Assembly: GCF_004010195.1 (NCBI RefSeq)
Contig: NC_057751.1
Location: forward strand, 18,893,891-18,957,890
DNA: 64,000 nucleotides
Direction: 5' to 3'
Source of the DNA: Chiloscyllium plagiosum
Lineage: Eukaryota
Part shown: positions 37,492 through 49,643 of the stretch, piece by piece
How the letters are laid out: each line of letters starts with the position of its first letter
How positions within the stretch are numbered: the first letter of the stretch is position 1
Position numbers and translations under genes: made by a program
The notes under the pieces: generated by a model
Seen by the model: the letters and a program-made list of their open reading frames with translations, nothing else
Database searches by the model: none
What the model was told of the DNA's origin: nothing

Positions 37492-37802
37492 GGCAATCGC
37501 ACGGTGGCAAACAGCGCCGGAGATCCAGGTTTAATTTCTGCCTCGGGCAACTGTCTATGTACATTCTCCCCGTGACTGCGTGGGTTTCCTTCGGGTGCTC
37601 CGGTTACCTCGTGCAGTGCAAAGATGTGCAGGTTAGGTGAATTGGCCATGCTAAATTGTCCATAGTGTTTAAGTATATTAGTTAGGGGTAAATACAGGGT
37701 AGGGAAATGGGTCTGGGTGGTTTACTCTTCGGAGGGTGGGTGTGGACTTGTTGAGCTGAAGGGCCTGTTTCCACACTGTCGGGAATCTAATCCAATCTAA
37801 TC
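37492..37802 (+). mobile_element. HE1/V-SINE-type SINE
   Basis: Core ttctccccgtgactgcgtgggtttcc...gggcctgtttccacactg; aatct tail. Confidence 0.88.
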
Positions 37803-37842
37803 CCTTCCAGTCACAGAAGACCTGAACATCAAATCTTCTGAA

Positions 37843-38136
37843 GCCAGAGACGCGGGTTCAATTCCCGCCTCAGGCGACTGACTGTGTGGAGTTTGCACGT
37901 TCTCCCCGTGTCTGCGTGGGTTTCCTCCGGGTGCTCCGGTTTCCTCCCACAATCCAAAAAAAATGTGCAGGTTAGGCAAATTGGCCATGCTAAATTGCCC
38001 GTAGTGTTAGATGAAGGGGTAAATATAGGGGAATGGGTCTGGGTGGGTTACGCTTCGGCGGGTCGGTGTGGACTTGTTGGGCCGAAGGGCCTGTTTCCAC
38101 ACTGTAAGTAATCTAATCTAATCTAATCTAATCTAA
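37843..38136 (+). mobile_element. HE1/V-SINE-type SINE, 5'-truncated
   Basis: B box ggttcaattccc, core and (aatct)n tail. Confidence 0.9.
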
Positions 38137-38503
38137 TTCTGGTTATACTTTTGTTTTCCCCCGACACTGCTGCCATACAGCAGTTGTGCTCGTATACCGA
38201 TAACACATGTGGGTGTAGGACACAGTGAAAAAAAAAATTGTATATAACTTTATAAACAGTTAACCACCAGGAAATAAAAACCTCATGTAACTTGAAAACT
38301 GGTGACATGCACATCCGGATCGGCAATGCTTACATGAATGAAAAAGAAATAAAGGGAATAGCAGGGAATCAAACAAAATACAATTGATTAAGGAAATAAA
38401 GCACTCCATCACTCCGCAGTGTTAACCTCTCCCTAAATACAGCGAGAGTGTTGATACTGCATACTTCTTCTCCAGGGATAACTGGGTATGAACAGAATCT
38501 TTA

Positions 38504-38758
38504 TTAGATTTAGGTTACTTACAGTGTGGAAACAGGCCCTTCGGCCCAACAAGTCCGCACCGACCAGCCGAAGCGTAACCCACCCAGACCCATTCCCCTA
38601 CATTTACCACTTCACCTCACGCTACGGGCAATTTAGCATGGCCAATTCACCTAAACCTGCACATTTTTGGACTGTGGGAGGAATCCGAAGCACCCGGAGG
38701 AAACCCACGCAAACACGGGGAGAATGTGCCAACTTCACACAGTCAGTCACCTGAGGCG
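38504..38758 (-). mobile_element. HE1/V-SINE-type SINE, 5'-truncated
   Basis: Reverse complement of the SINE core and tail. Confidence 0.88.
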
Positions 38759-38759
38759 A

Positions 38760-39385
38760 ACTGAGGTCAGGGAATTGAGTATAGAATTTGGAAAGCTAAG
38801 TTGCAATGATACAGAATGTCGGTGAGGCCGCACTGGTAGTTTTGCGTTCAGTTTCGGTCACCTTGCGAAAGGAAGGCAGTTATTAAACTGGAGAAAGAGC
38901 AGAAGAAATTTACTAGGATTTTGCCTGTGCTCAACGGTCTGAGTTAGTGCGAGAGTCTGAACAAACTTGAACATTTTGCTTAAGAACATAGGAGACTAAG
39001 GGGGGAGCCTTATAGATGTGTATAAGATCATGAGATGCACAATTAAGGTGAATGCGCTCCATACTTTTTCCCAAAGTTGGGGAATCAAGGACAAAAGAGA
39101 ATCAGTTTCGAGTTAGAGGTGAAAGAATAAAAGTGATCATTATGTGCAAGTTTTTACGCAGAGGGTGGTAAGCAGATGAATTCTTCAGTCAGCAGAAGTC
39201 ATTGAGGTGAATTCATTAACAACATTTAAGTGATATTTGGACAAATACATGGATATGAAAGGATTGGAAAGGTATGAGCCAAATGCAGAGAAATTGGTTT
39301 AGCATGGATGGACACTTTGGTAAGCAAGGACCTGTTGGGTCAAAGGGCCTGTCTCTGTGCTGTAGGATTCTGTGAATCCATGACT
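38760..39385 (+). mobile_element. Decayed CR1 3' end
   Basis: Similar to 35930-36445. Confidence 0.7.
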
Positions 39386-41900
39386 ACATAATCGTTGAAG
39401 AGGGACAGGCAATCGGTGATCACGACCCTTTCTGCAGCCCGCTGCCTGGATCTGTTAATAGTCAGCTGTTACCGTCCTACATAGAGATACTCTGACCTGT
39501 CTTCTCCACTCCTCACTGGATGCCTAAAGACCAGAAGCGTGGGACTGAAGTACAACTAAAACCATGAAAATGAAGTTCTCGCGATAACTGAAAAATGGAA
39601 TGCAAACGCCCAAAACGCATATACGTATGATTCCCGGATTACACAGCACCACGGAACAACTAGTTGGGCTGGGAGTCTGTCAAATAATGCTATCTATGAT
39701 TCAACAGGACTCCAGAAAACTCCAGCCCTTATCTCCAAGGTAAAGAGGGAGGTCTCCCTCATAGAGAGCCCTCCACTGGATCTCACCAATGCCCAGTGGT
39801 AAATGGGCATGACAATATGTGTCTAGTAGTTGAATGAAGGAAAGGGCGTGCATGGTGTGCAGCAGCAGTTGGCAGAGGCCCCATAGAATTACATCTTTAA
39901 AAGAGACCAAACCAAATTGTGGACGTAGCTCACGTTAGGGGGCACATGTTCCCGGGTGAGGTACAAGACCCTGGGGCCAACGTGAAATTCTGCCCAAACG
40001 ATGGTATGCACAGTTGGGATTCCACTGCACATCTGAGCAGCCTGCAATGTGTGCACGATGTCAGGCCTGAGCACTGCAGTTTTAAGGCACAAACCAGATG
40101 TCTACTGCCGCCCTATGAGATTGTTCCTTGAGCAGCATCCAGACAAGGCCCCCACCACCCAGCATGTCCCTGACCCTGGTCGACCTCGCAGCCGTGGCCA
40201 TTCCCCTCTACCAGCCACGGACCTCATGATTATGAAGGTGCGAAATCGAGAGCAATGACTCTCTGACAATACCCGAAGTCCTGATAGAGGGCGGGCAAAA
40301 CGCAAATCGACCATGTTACAGAAAGTGATCAGGTCTTGGTAAAAGTCAAGCAATATCTTGAGGACAACATTCAAACCGTTGCATTCAATAAACACGAGCT
40401 GCATGTCATGTTTGAGGTTATACATCTTGTGGAAAAACGCACGTCACCAGGGCACCCTGCGTAGGGAGATGCACAATGTAAATATATCGCTGCAAGGCCT
40501 GAAGGCGGACAGAAGCCACACAGGTGTGGATGCACACCAGTGACCAATCACTCTCCTCAGTTGTGACCCGATCCAGAAGCGCCTTTTTTGTTCCAGAAGA
40601 AGTTAACCAAAGTTCCCTGTATGTCAATGACAAACCCAGAATGGGCCAATCAAAAGGACCACAGCATGGAGACCACCAGATGGTTTGGGACCAGTGCACG
40701 ATCCCTGTAGGACAGCATTCAGAGCAGTCCTGTCCAACGACCTAGGCGATTCAGGTTTTTGGCTTCCAGCTCCTGCTCATGCGCTAGTAAGCAATCCTTA
40801 GTCAGGCCAAGGTCGATCTCCAGTTGGAGGAGATGGGTGGACCTCCAGAAGAACCCCCATAACTCCTTGGGCAAAGAGTGCACCTACAACGGACAGACCG
40901 GGAGTCTGGAACGTTTGGCCCTGTTGATCCTGGTAGAAGATGCCACCAAGTATACCGCCTGCCACTCGCGCTTCCTGCGCAATCAGCTTGATCAATGAAA
41001 GTCATATGCACGTTTCGAGCATAAGCTCAGAGGACCACGCCCATGGGTGGCCCTGCAACCTCCTCCACAAGTGGCACTGGAAATCTCGACGCATGGGAAG
41101 TACAAGCTGGCTGAACAAGGGGCAGCCTCCTCGCTCAAAGGGAGGGGGGTCCATCAGAGACCAGTTAAGTTTAACCAGACGCTCTGCAGTAGCGTACAAA
41201 AGTCGGATCTTGGCGAGGAACTGCGTCTGCAACCTGAACGTCTGCAGAATCCGTAACAGATACACATGATCAACCCAATGAGAAGAAGCGTCAGCCGCAG
41301 TCCAGATCCTGGATCAGCCGGATCCGTGATCTCACGTGCATGCCCCAGGTCCTAAAGGGTTGCAGGTCCCAGTGCGTGATCGTATTACCCATCAGACCAT
41401 ATGAGGCGTGTCTCCAGGTCGAACACGTCCTTATCCAGCTGATTGATCGCTGAAGTCCATTGCTTTGTCGATCCACTCGCGCACTCCTGACAGAAAACGC
41501 CAACTTGGGCCTTCCTCACATCCTACTATTGCCTGAATGAGGGGCTGCTGCTCTGTTTCCCTGTCCAGCTGGCCCAGAAACCATGTAACGATTACTGGAA
41601 CCAGTCATAATCCAGCAGCAGGTCGTTAAAGAGCCGGTGCATGTACATGTGTTTGGAAAGGCAAGGACTGTGCTCTGCGCCAAACAGAAGGAGTTACCCA
41701 CACACCAGGTGCTGGTTCGTGCATTACACCAGCCCCTTGGAGGCCTCCAGAATGCAGGATTAGTATAGCCCCGTGAAATGTACATGCAGTTGGATCCTCG
41801 ACACTCCAAACCCAGGCCTCATGAAGGTGAAGGCGATGGAGTCAGGATGGAGAGATTACCAGACGTTCACCTGGTCGATAGACCTGACAAGGACTCCAGC
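39385..41900 (-). mobile_element. Tx1-clade LINE ORF2, decayed and internally deleted (EN, RT, C-terminal domain)
   Basis: Minus-strand remnants: HPDSIAFTFMRPGFGVSRI (EN); VRSRIRLIQDLD; FLAKIRLLYATAERLVKLN...GCPL (RT); LLLHTMHAL...QWRALYEGDLPLYLGDKGW; INRSRQRAAE. Confidence 0.75.
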
Positions 41901-42111
41901 CCCGTCCTCGTCCCAGCCAATCCAGACTAGTCATAGCCATAGTCCCAGCCCTCAAGGTCCAGTTGATATACCCCTGCCTCCGTGACATTTAACAGGCCTT
42001 CGACATTGGAGGCGAGAATGATGAATTCCGTGTCATGAAGTCAAGCCCAGGTCTCAATGACAGTCCTCAGCTGGGGTTGAAGGCAGAAAATCCGGGCAAA
42101 AGCCGTAACAG

Positions 42112-42403
42112 TACGGTGGCTCTGCACTGGTAAGCAGCAGTGGTAAGCACTGCTGCCTCACAGCACCAAAGATTCCAGCCTTGAGCGGTGTTCTCTGTGG
42201 GGTTTGCACATTCTCCCCGTGTCTGCAAAGATTTCCTGTGGGTGCTCCGGTTTTCTCCCGAAGTCCAAAGATGTGCATGTCGGGTGAAGGGCCTGTAGCG
42301 TTAGGTGCGTATGTCGGAGGGAAATGGTTGTGTCACTCCTCGGAGAGTTGGTGTGGACTTGTTGAGCCGAAGGTCCTGTTTCCACACTGTAGGGAATCTA
42401 ATC
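42112..42403 (+). mobile_element. HE1/V-SINE-type SINE
   Basis: agcactgctgcctcacagc...ttctccccgtgtctgc...cctgtttccacactgtagggaatctaatc. Confidence 0.85.
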
Positions 42404-42644
42404 GAGCAGTCGAGGAAGGAAAGCCAGGTTCGGTCAACAACAACAGAAACAAGGTTCCAGTCAGCAGCAGTGGAAGTGGAGCCAGGTTGCAGATCTCGGT
42501 GGGACCGTCGCAGCAGTCGCAGCAGTTTGAGGCTAAAGTAGTAACAGCAGATCTGCGCTGGGATCCAGCCAGCAGAAGTGAAGGTGGCACAGGCAGCAGA
42601 TCCAGATGGGGCCGAGGCTGCAGATGCAGCGTCCATGCTGTTTA

Positions 42645-44089
42645 TGTGCAAGACACAGTGGAGGTTGGCTAACATGGTGCCACGGTTTAAGAAGGGTGGT
42701 AAGGACAAGCCAGGCAACTATAGACCAGTGAGCCTAACGTCGGTGGTGGGCAAATTGTTGGAGGGGATCCTGAGGGTCAGGATGTACATGTGTTTGGAAA
42801 GTCAAGGACTGATTAGGGATAGTTAACATGGCTTTGTGCGGTGGGAGTCGTGTCTCACAAACTTGATTGAGTTTTTTGAAGAAGTAACAAAGACGATTGA
42901 TGAGGGCAGAGTGTTAGATGCGATCTATTAGGACTTCAGTAAGTCATTCGACAAGATTTCCCATGAGAGAGTGATTATCAAGGTTAGATCCCATGGAATT
43001 CAGGGAGAACTAGCCATTTGGATACAGAACTGGCTCAAAGATAGAAGACAGAGGGTGGTGGTGGAAGATTGTTTTTCAGACTGGAAGCCTGTGACCAGTG
43101 GAGTGCCACAAAGATCGGTGCTGGGTCGTCCATTTTTTGTCATTTACTTAAAGGATTTGGATACGAGCATAAGAGGTACAGTTAATAAGTTTGCAGATGA
43201 CACCAAAATTGGAGGTGTAGTGGACAGCGAAGAGAGTTACCTCAGATTACAACAGGATCTGGACCAGAGGGGCCAATGGGCTGAGAAGTGGCAGATTAAG
43301 TTTAATTCAGATAAATGCGAGGTGCTGCATTTTGGGAAAGCAAATCTTAACAGGGCTTACACACTTAAGGGTAAGGTCCTAGGGAGTGTTGCTGAGCAAA
43401 GGGACCTTGGAGTGTAGGTTGATAGCTCCTTGAAAGTGGCGTCGCTGGTAGATAGGATAGTGAAGAAGATGTCTGGTATATTTTCTTTTATTGGTCAGAG
43501 TTGGGAGGTCTTGTGCGGCTATTGGTGAGGCCACTGTTGGAATATTGCGTGCATTTCTGGTCTCCTTCCTATCGGAAAGATGTTGTGAAACTTGAAAGCG
43601 TTCAGAAAAGATTTACAAGGATGTCACCTGGGTTGGAGGATTTGAGCTATAGGGAGAGGCTGAACAGGCTGGGGCTGTTTTTCCTGGAGCATCGGATGCT
43701 GAGGAATGACCTTATAAAGATTTACAAAATTATGATGGGCATGGATAGGATAAATAAACAAAGTATTTTCCTTTGGTTCGGGGAGTCCAGAACTAGAGGG
43801 CATAGGTTTAGGGTAAGGGGGGAAAGATATAAAAGAGACTGAAGGGGCAACTGTTTCACACAAAGGGTGGTATGTGCATGGAATGAGCTACAAGAGGAAG
43901 TGGTGGAGGCTGGTACAAGTGCAACATTTAAGAGGCATTTGAATGGGTATATGAATCGGATGGGTTTGGAGGGATATGGCCGGGTGCTGGCAGTTGGGAT
44001 TAGTTTGGTTGGGATATCTGGTTGGCATGGACGCGTTGGACCGAAGGGTCTGTTTTCATGCTGTACATCTCTATGACTCTATGACTCTT
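42645..44089 (+). mobile_element. CR1/HER1-type LINE RT and 3' end, relatively young
   Basis: WRLANMVPRFKKGGKDKPGNYRPVSLTSVVGK; KFADDTKIGG; (atgactct)n tail. Confidence 0.92.
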
Positions 44090-44092
44090 AAT

Positions 44093-46380
44093 TACTTTCA
44101 CAACAAGAAAGTCACCAATGCGGCCAAGGAATCAGTAAAGCTCAGTGCGAGGGATGCTTCCATGAAAAGGGGATGGTAGGGACTAACTCAACATAGAATT
44201 GGAAGGAAAATAAAGCATACAAGCATCGCCTGTCCATGTCCTGTTTGTTTCTTTTCCTTTTCCTACACTAGTTCCACACAGCATTTGAGCTTATATTCAT
44301 GGTGCCATATTGAGTAGTTGCAAGACACAATGAAAATACCGACGTTATTGATATTCCACCAACAGGGAAGACTCTATTGTGGCAAAGGAATCACTGACAA
44401 GCAAACCTCAGCCCAAACCATGCTTATGTGAAAGACGTAAAGGGGATAGTAGGTCCAAAATCATATTAGAATTGGAGGGTGAAATAAAGCATTACACTCC
44501 CCCTAGGTCCTGGTTCTGGTAATATTCTTGTTTATTCGACTGAGGTATATCATATCCCCTGGTATGATATTTATTTCTTATTTTTGTGTGTGTACAGGTA
44601 CAAGACACAGTGAAAACACCAGATTCAAATGACTTTATTAATATTCCACCACAAGGAAAGACATCAATCTGGCCAAGGATCCACTAAAACACAAAGCCCG
44701 GAGGGATTGATGCTTTGTTGAAAAAGAAAGTGAAAGTGAGTTCTAGGGTTAATCAAAAGATAACTGGAGGGAGAAAAAGCAGACCACTCCCGACAGGTCC
44801 CCGTCCTGCTTTCTATTTTTTTTTCAGTCAGTGTCCAGAACAGTGGAGATACTAAGCTTCCCTTTAACATTTTTTTATTCTTTTCTTCCCAGAACGCATG
44901 TTGTGTGTTTAGAGGAGCACCACACAGTGAAAATAATAAGTGCACATGATTTTATTTATATTCTACAACCCAGAGAGACACCAATTTGGCAAAGGAATCA
45001 TTGACATATATACCGCGGAACAGGTGATGATTCTGTGAAAAAAAAGTGGTGGGATGGGTCGGGGTTAAATCAAACTTGAATTGAGGGGTAAATAACGCAT
45101 TCAATTCCCTGCAGGTCCATTCCTTGCGAATATATCTTTTATTTGAAGTCCGTCTCCAGAACCGAGCAGATCCTAAGTTCCCTCTTCAGATAATTTTTGA
45201 ATTTGCTCCCGAACACCCGTATAGTGTGTGTGTGTGTGTGCGTGTGTGTGTCCATGTGCGTGTCCGTGTGCATGCCCGTGTAAGTGAATAACAATGAAAT
45301 GAAAACACCAAGTAAACATTACGTCATTGTCAATCCACTACCAGTAGAGACACCAATGACGCCAAGGAGCCAGTGAAAAACAAAGCCCACAAGGAACAAT
45401 GCTTGCATAAAAAAGTGAAGTGAAGGTAGGGACGAAATTAGAATACAATTGGAAGTGCAAAAACATTCCACGCGCCGCAGACACATATTTTAGTGATGTT
45501 TTATTCCTTTCTTTTACCAAGTGCAAACAACATTATGAATACCAATGATACCAATGTGGCCAAAGAACAAGGTCCAAGCATATTCCGGAGCGAGTGATGC
45601 TTATGTTAAGAAAGTGAAGTGAAGAGTAGGGATTAATTTAGAAAGACTTAGATGGGAAATGAAAAACATTTCACTCGCCGCAGTTCGACGTCCTGATTAC
45701 ATTCGTCTTTTATTTTCTCTACTAGCGCACAGTACACTGACTGTGGCCAGCCAGCTGGGAACCAGTCCTTAACTGAGTAGATTCTAATCTCCTGATTATA
45801 TTGTTTTCTTTTTTACTGCGGAGATTCCAAAACTCGTGGTTATAAGTTTTTTTTTTCTTTTTCCCCCCTTTTCTCTCACTCCTTCCCACACTATTGCCAA
45901 AGCGCAGAATTTCTTACATTTCCCAGCTCCCATGTTGTGTGCATGTCGGTGCAAGGCACTGTGAAAACACCAGACGTAAATAACTTCACTAATATTTCAA
46001 TAGCAGAAAAAAAACAGCAATGTGGCCAGTGAACCAGTGGCAAACAAAGCCCAGAGAGAACAATGCTTACGTGAAAAAAGTGAAAGTGTGGGTATGCACG
46101 AAATTAAGTTAGAATTGGATGGTGAAATAAAGCACTCCACGTCCGCAGGTCGATGTCCCTGGTTATGTATTTTTCTTTTCTTTCCATTTTTTAAAATGTG
46201 TGCATGTAGGTGCAAGACATAATGAAAATACCAGACGGAAAAAAAACTTTACCAATATTGCCCCACCAGGAAGACACACATGTGGCCAATGATCCAGTGA
46301 CCGCCAAAGCCGAGAGTGAGAAACACTTAAGTGAAAAAAGTGAAAGGGCAGGTTGGGACTAAACCAAAAAAAAATGCGTT
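44093..46380. repeat. Degenerate tandem array of about 8 units of ~240-430 bp
   Basis: Anchor tgaaaa(c/t)acc-like at about 44331, 44611, 44928, 45300, 45536, 45962, 46223, each followed by ccaatgtggccaagga...gcttatgtgaaa...agaattggagggtgaaataaagca...gcaggtc variants. Confidence 0.85.
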
Positions 46381-46726
46381 GAGGTGTGTGGGATGTACGT
46401 GAATAAATAACTCAACGGTAAGGAATAAACAGCAGTTAAAGTCAATAGCAATTTACAGGGGAAAGGGGCGGCAAGTCCAAATCCCAAACTGCAGCTTACA
46501 ACTAGTTCATCGGGAAATGCCACTTTAACTTACCAAAGAGGAAATAATAGAAACACACACATACAAAACAGACTGATCAACTGAACAATAAAACAATGCA
46601 CATTACACAGGCAACCCTGGTGAGCCAGCAAACGGCCTGCCTCTCCCACTTTCTGGCCACTAAAAAAGGAAAGAGGACACAGTGAGAATGAAGCAGGTGG
46701 TAGATAAATGATCAGAGGCTCTGACA

Positions 46727-46832
46727 TTTTCCCGAGGGGATAACGTGTTAGTCCTGTTACCAGTGATAGGAGATCACTTCAAAGCCAGGTTTAGTGGTCC
46801 CAGTCAAATTCAGAAAATGTTGAGTTGGGTGA
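46727..46832 (+). mobile_element. Gmr1-like integrase C-terminal fragment
   Basis: LVLLPVIGDHFKARFSGPSQIQKMLS, paralogous to LVLLPVTGDSFKARFNSLHQIVKKLS at 14057. Confidence 0.8.
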
Positions 46833-47250
46833 GAAATCGTTCCCCTGCCCAGAATGTCGAAAGGGATTCACTCAGTAAACAAACTTGCATCAACACCAGA
46901 GAACTCACACTGGAGAAAAACCATTCAAATTCTGAGTGCGGGAAGAAATTCACTCAATTAGCGAACTTAAAATCACAACAGGGAACTCACAGTGGAGACA
47001 ACCGTTTATTGATCCAAGTGGGGGAAGGGATTTTCTCAGTCTTCCAGGTTATGTGAGCACCAGAGAACTCATACTAGCGAGAAGCTGCTCACCTGTTGTG
47101 ACTGCGGGAACGGACAAATTCTGTTATCTCACCTGCATCAATATCGGAGAACCCAGACTGGATAAATACTATTCACCTGCAGTGAATGCGGGAAAAAGTC
47201 ACTTACATTCACACAAGTGAACTCACGCTGGAAAATAAAACCATTAACCT
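46828..47250 (+). pseudogene. Decayed C2H2 (Kruppel-type) zinc-finger array, about 5 fingers
   Basis: [88 protein letters not shown], with frameshifts. Confidence 0.85.
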
Positions 47251-49139
47251 GAAATTCAATAGTTAGAGGAACGCACCAGAGATTCTGCAGTCGCAAATGA
47301 GACTCCTGGTTTGTGTGTTGGATTCCGGGAATCAGGGTCAAGATTGTCTCAGATTGAGTTTATTGGATTGTTCAGAGGGAACGTGAGCAGACAGAAGTCA
47401 TAGTACTCAATGACGTAGCTAGGAAAAAAAGGATGAGGGCCAGAAAGAAGTATGCAAGAAATTAGGTTGGAAGCTGAAAACAGGATGCATAGAGTAGCAA
47501 TCTCAGAAATGCTACTGGTGCCAATAGCGAGTGAGACTAAGAAGAGAAAGGGAGTGAATTTGAACACGTGGCTGCGGAGCTGTTTTAGGAGAGAGGGCTT
47601 CAGATATGTGGATCATATCTGCAGGGATGAAACTTGTACCAGGATACCAAATATCCTGAGTGGGAGGCTCTCTAGAGCTTTTTGGGGGTGTTTAAAGTAG
47701 GTACAAATCAGATGATCAAATGGGCCTCCGGATACAGCGTACAGAGAGTTTATGAGCAGGGTTAGACAGTTAATAGGGTAGTGTGATTGTTTTAATGTGT
47801 CTATTTTAACGAAAGAAGTGCCAGTAGTAAGATTAATGAACTTAAATTGGAGACACAATGCTGTGACCATTACGAAAACTTAGATATCCGTCGTATCTTC
47901 CACCGTTTTGATGACAGAAAAGAAATTGGGAGGGAGGTAAGAGGTGGGGCAATGACATTGCAAAACAGCTGCAGAAAAAAAGTCGTTGAGGAAGGTTTGG
48001 TGACAGTCAGAAACAGAAAAGGAATAGTGACATCATTGGGGGTTTCTAAAGACCCCCGAAAGTAACGGAGGCTCGGGTGAACCAATTGGGAGATTGGAAA
48101 CAGATTTTGGAAAGGTTTAAAATTAACGGGTTTGTCGTCCTGGGTGATTTTAATTTCCCTAATATCGATTGGAACCTCCTTCATGCAAGTAGTTTTGACA
48201 GAGCAGTTTTCGTCACGTGTGTCCAGGAAGTTTTCCCAACTCAAGAAGTAGATAGGGCGACGAGAGGCGAGGGCACATTGAATTTTCCGGTTGGCAATGA
48301 ACTATGTCAGATATCAGATCTCTCGTTTGGAGATCATTTGGGTGATTGCGATCACAACTCCCTGTCCTTTACTATAGTAATGGAGAAGGATAGCAGCAGA
48401 TGGTATGGGAAAGTATTTAATTGCGGGGGATGGGGTGGGGAAATTACAGCAGTATTAGGTAAGGACTGTGCAGCATAGGCTGGGAGCAGATATTGTCAGG
48501 TAAATGAACGTTAGAAATGTGGAGGGAGCACTTGCTGATAGTGCTGGATAGTTTTGTCCAACTGAAGAAAGGGAGCGATGATTGGTTAACCTTGTATGAC
48601 AAGAGATGTGTAACATTCAGTGCAAAGGAAGCTTACTTAAGATTGAGGAAGCAAGGATCAGACAGGGCTATGGACATTATAAGGTAGCCAGGAAGGAGCT
48701 GAAGACTAATTTGGAGAGCTAGAAAGGGCATGAAAGAGCCTTGGCAGGTAGGATTAACGAAAACTCCAAGGTGTTCTACACTTATGTGAGAAACAATAGC
48801 ATGGTCAGTGATCGGGTAAGGCTGATCACGGATAGTGGAGGGCAGTTCAATGTAGAGGTGGAGGAAGTAGGGTGGTTCCATAATGAATGGATGTGACATT
48901 GCTGAAGTCGAGCAGTGGATCTGGTGTATATGGATTTTAGCACGGTTCCCCATGATAGGTTCATTCAGAAAGTATGGAGGCATGAGATAGAAGGAAATTT
49001 GATGTGTGCAGCCCGAATGGGCTTTCCCATCAAAGAGAGAGTGTGGTAACAGATGGAACGTATTTCAACCTGGAGCTTGGATCGGAATGGAGTTCTGCCG
49101 TGATCTCTTCTGAGACCTCTGACCTTCGTGATTTTTAAA

Positions 49140-49385
49140 AACATAAGATATAGGAGCGGAAGTAAGGCCATTCGGCCCATCGAGTCCACTCCGCCATTCA
49201 ATCATGCCTGATGAGCATTTCAACTCCACTTACCCGCATTCTCCCCGTAGCCCTTAATTCCTTGTGACATCAAGAATTTATCAATTTCTGCCTTGAAGAC
49301 ATTTAGCGTCCCAGCCTCCACTGCACTCTGTGGCAATGAATTCCACAGGTCCACCACTCTCTGGCCAAAGAAATGTCTCCGCATG
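49140..49385 (-). mobile_element. Short CR1-type 3' end of a different subfamily
   Basis: Minus strand reads ...RVVDLWNSLPQSAVEAGT...; tail acataagatataggagc. Confidence 0.7.
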
Positions 49386-49643
49386 ACCTGAATGAGGAAG
49401 TGGAAGAGTTTGTCAGTAATTTTGCCGATGTCGCAAAAGTTGGTGGAGTTATGGATAGTGTGGAGGGCTGTTGTAGGTTGAAGAAAGACATTGACTGGCT
49501 GGAGAGCTGTGCTGAGAGGTAGCAGATGGAGTTTGACCTGTAAAATATATGAAGTTATTCATTTTGGAACATCGAGTTTGAATGCAGGTTACAGTGTTAA
49601 AGGCAGTAATCTTGGCCGTGTGGAGGAACAGAAGGATCGTGAG

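Noticed and set aside
44093..46380. CRISPR-like repeat-spacer interpretation
   Set aside because: Vertebrate context, units far too long and diverged, no cas genes
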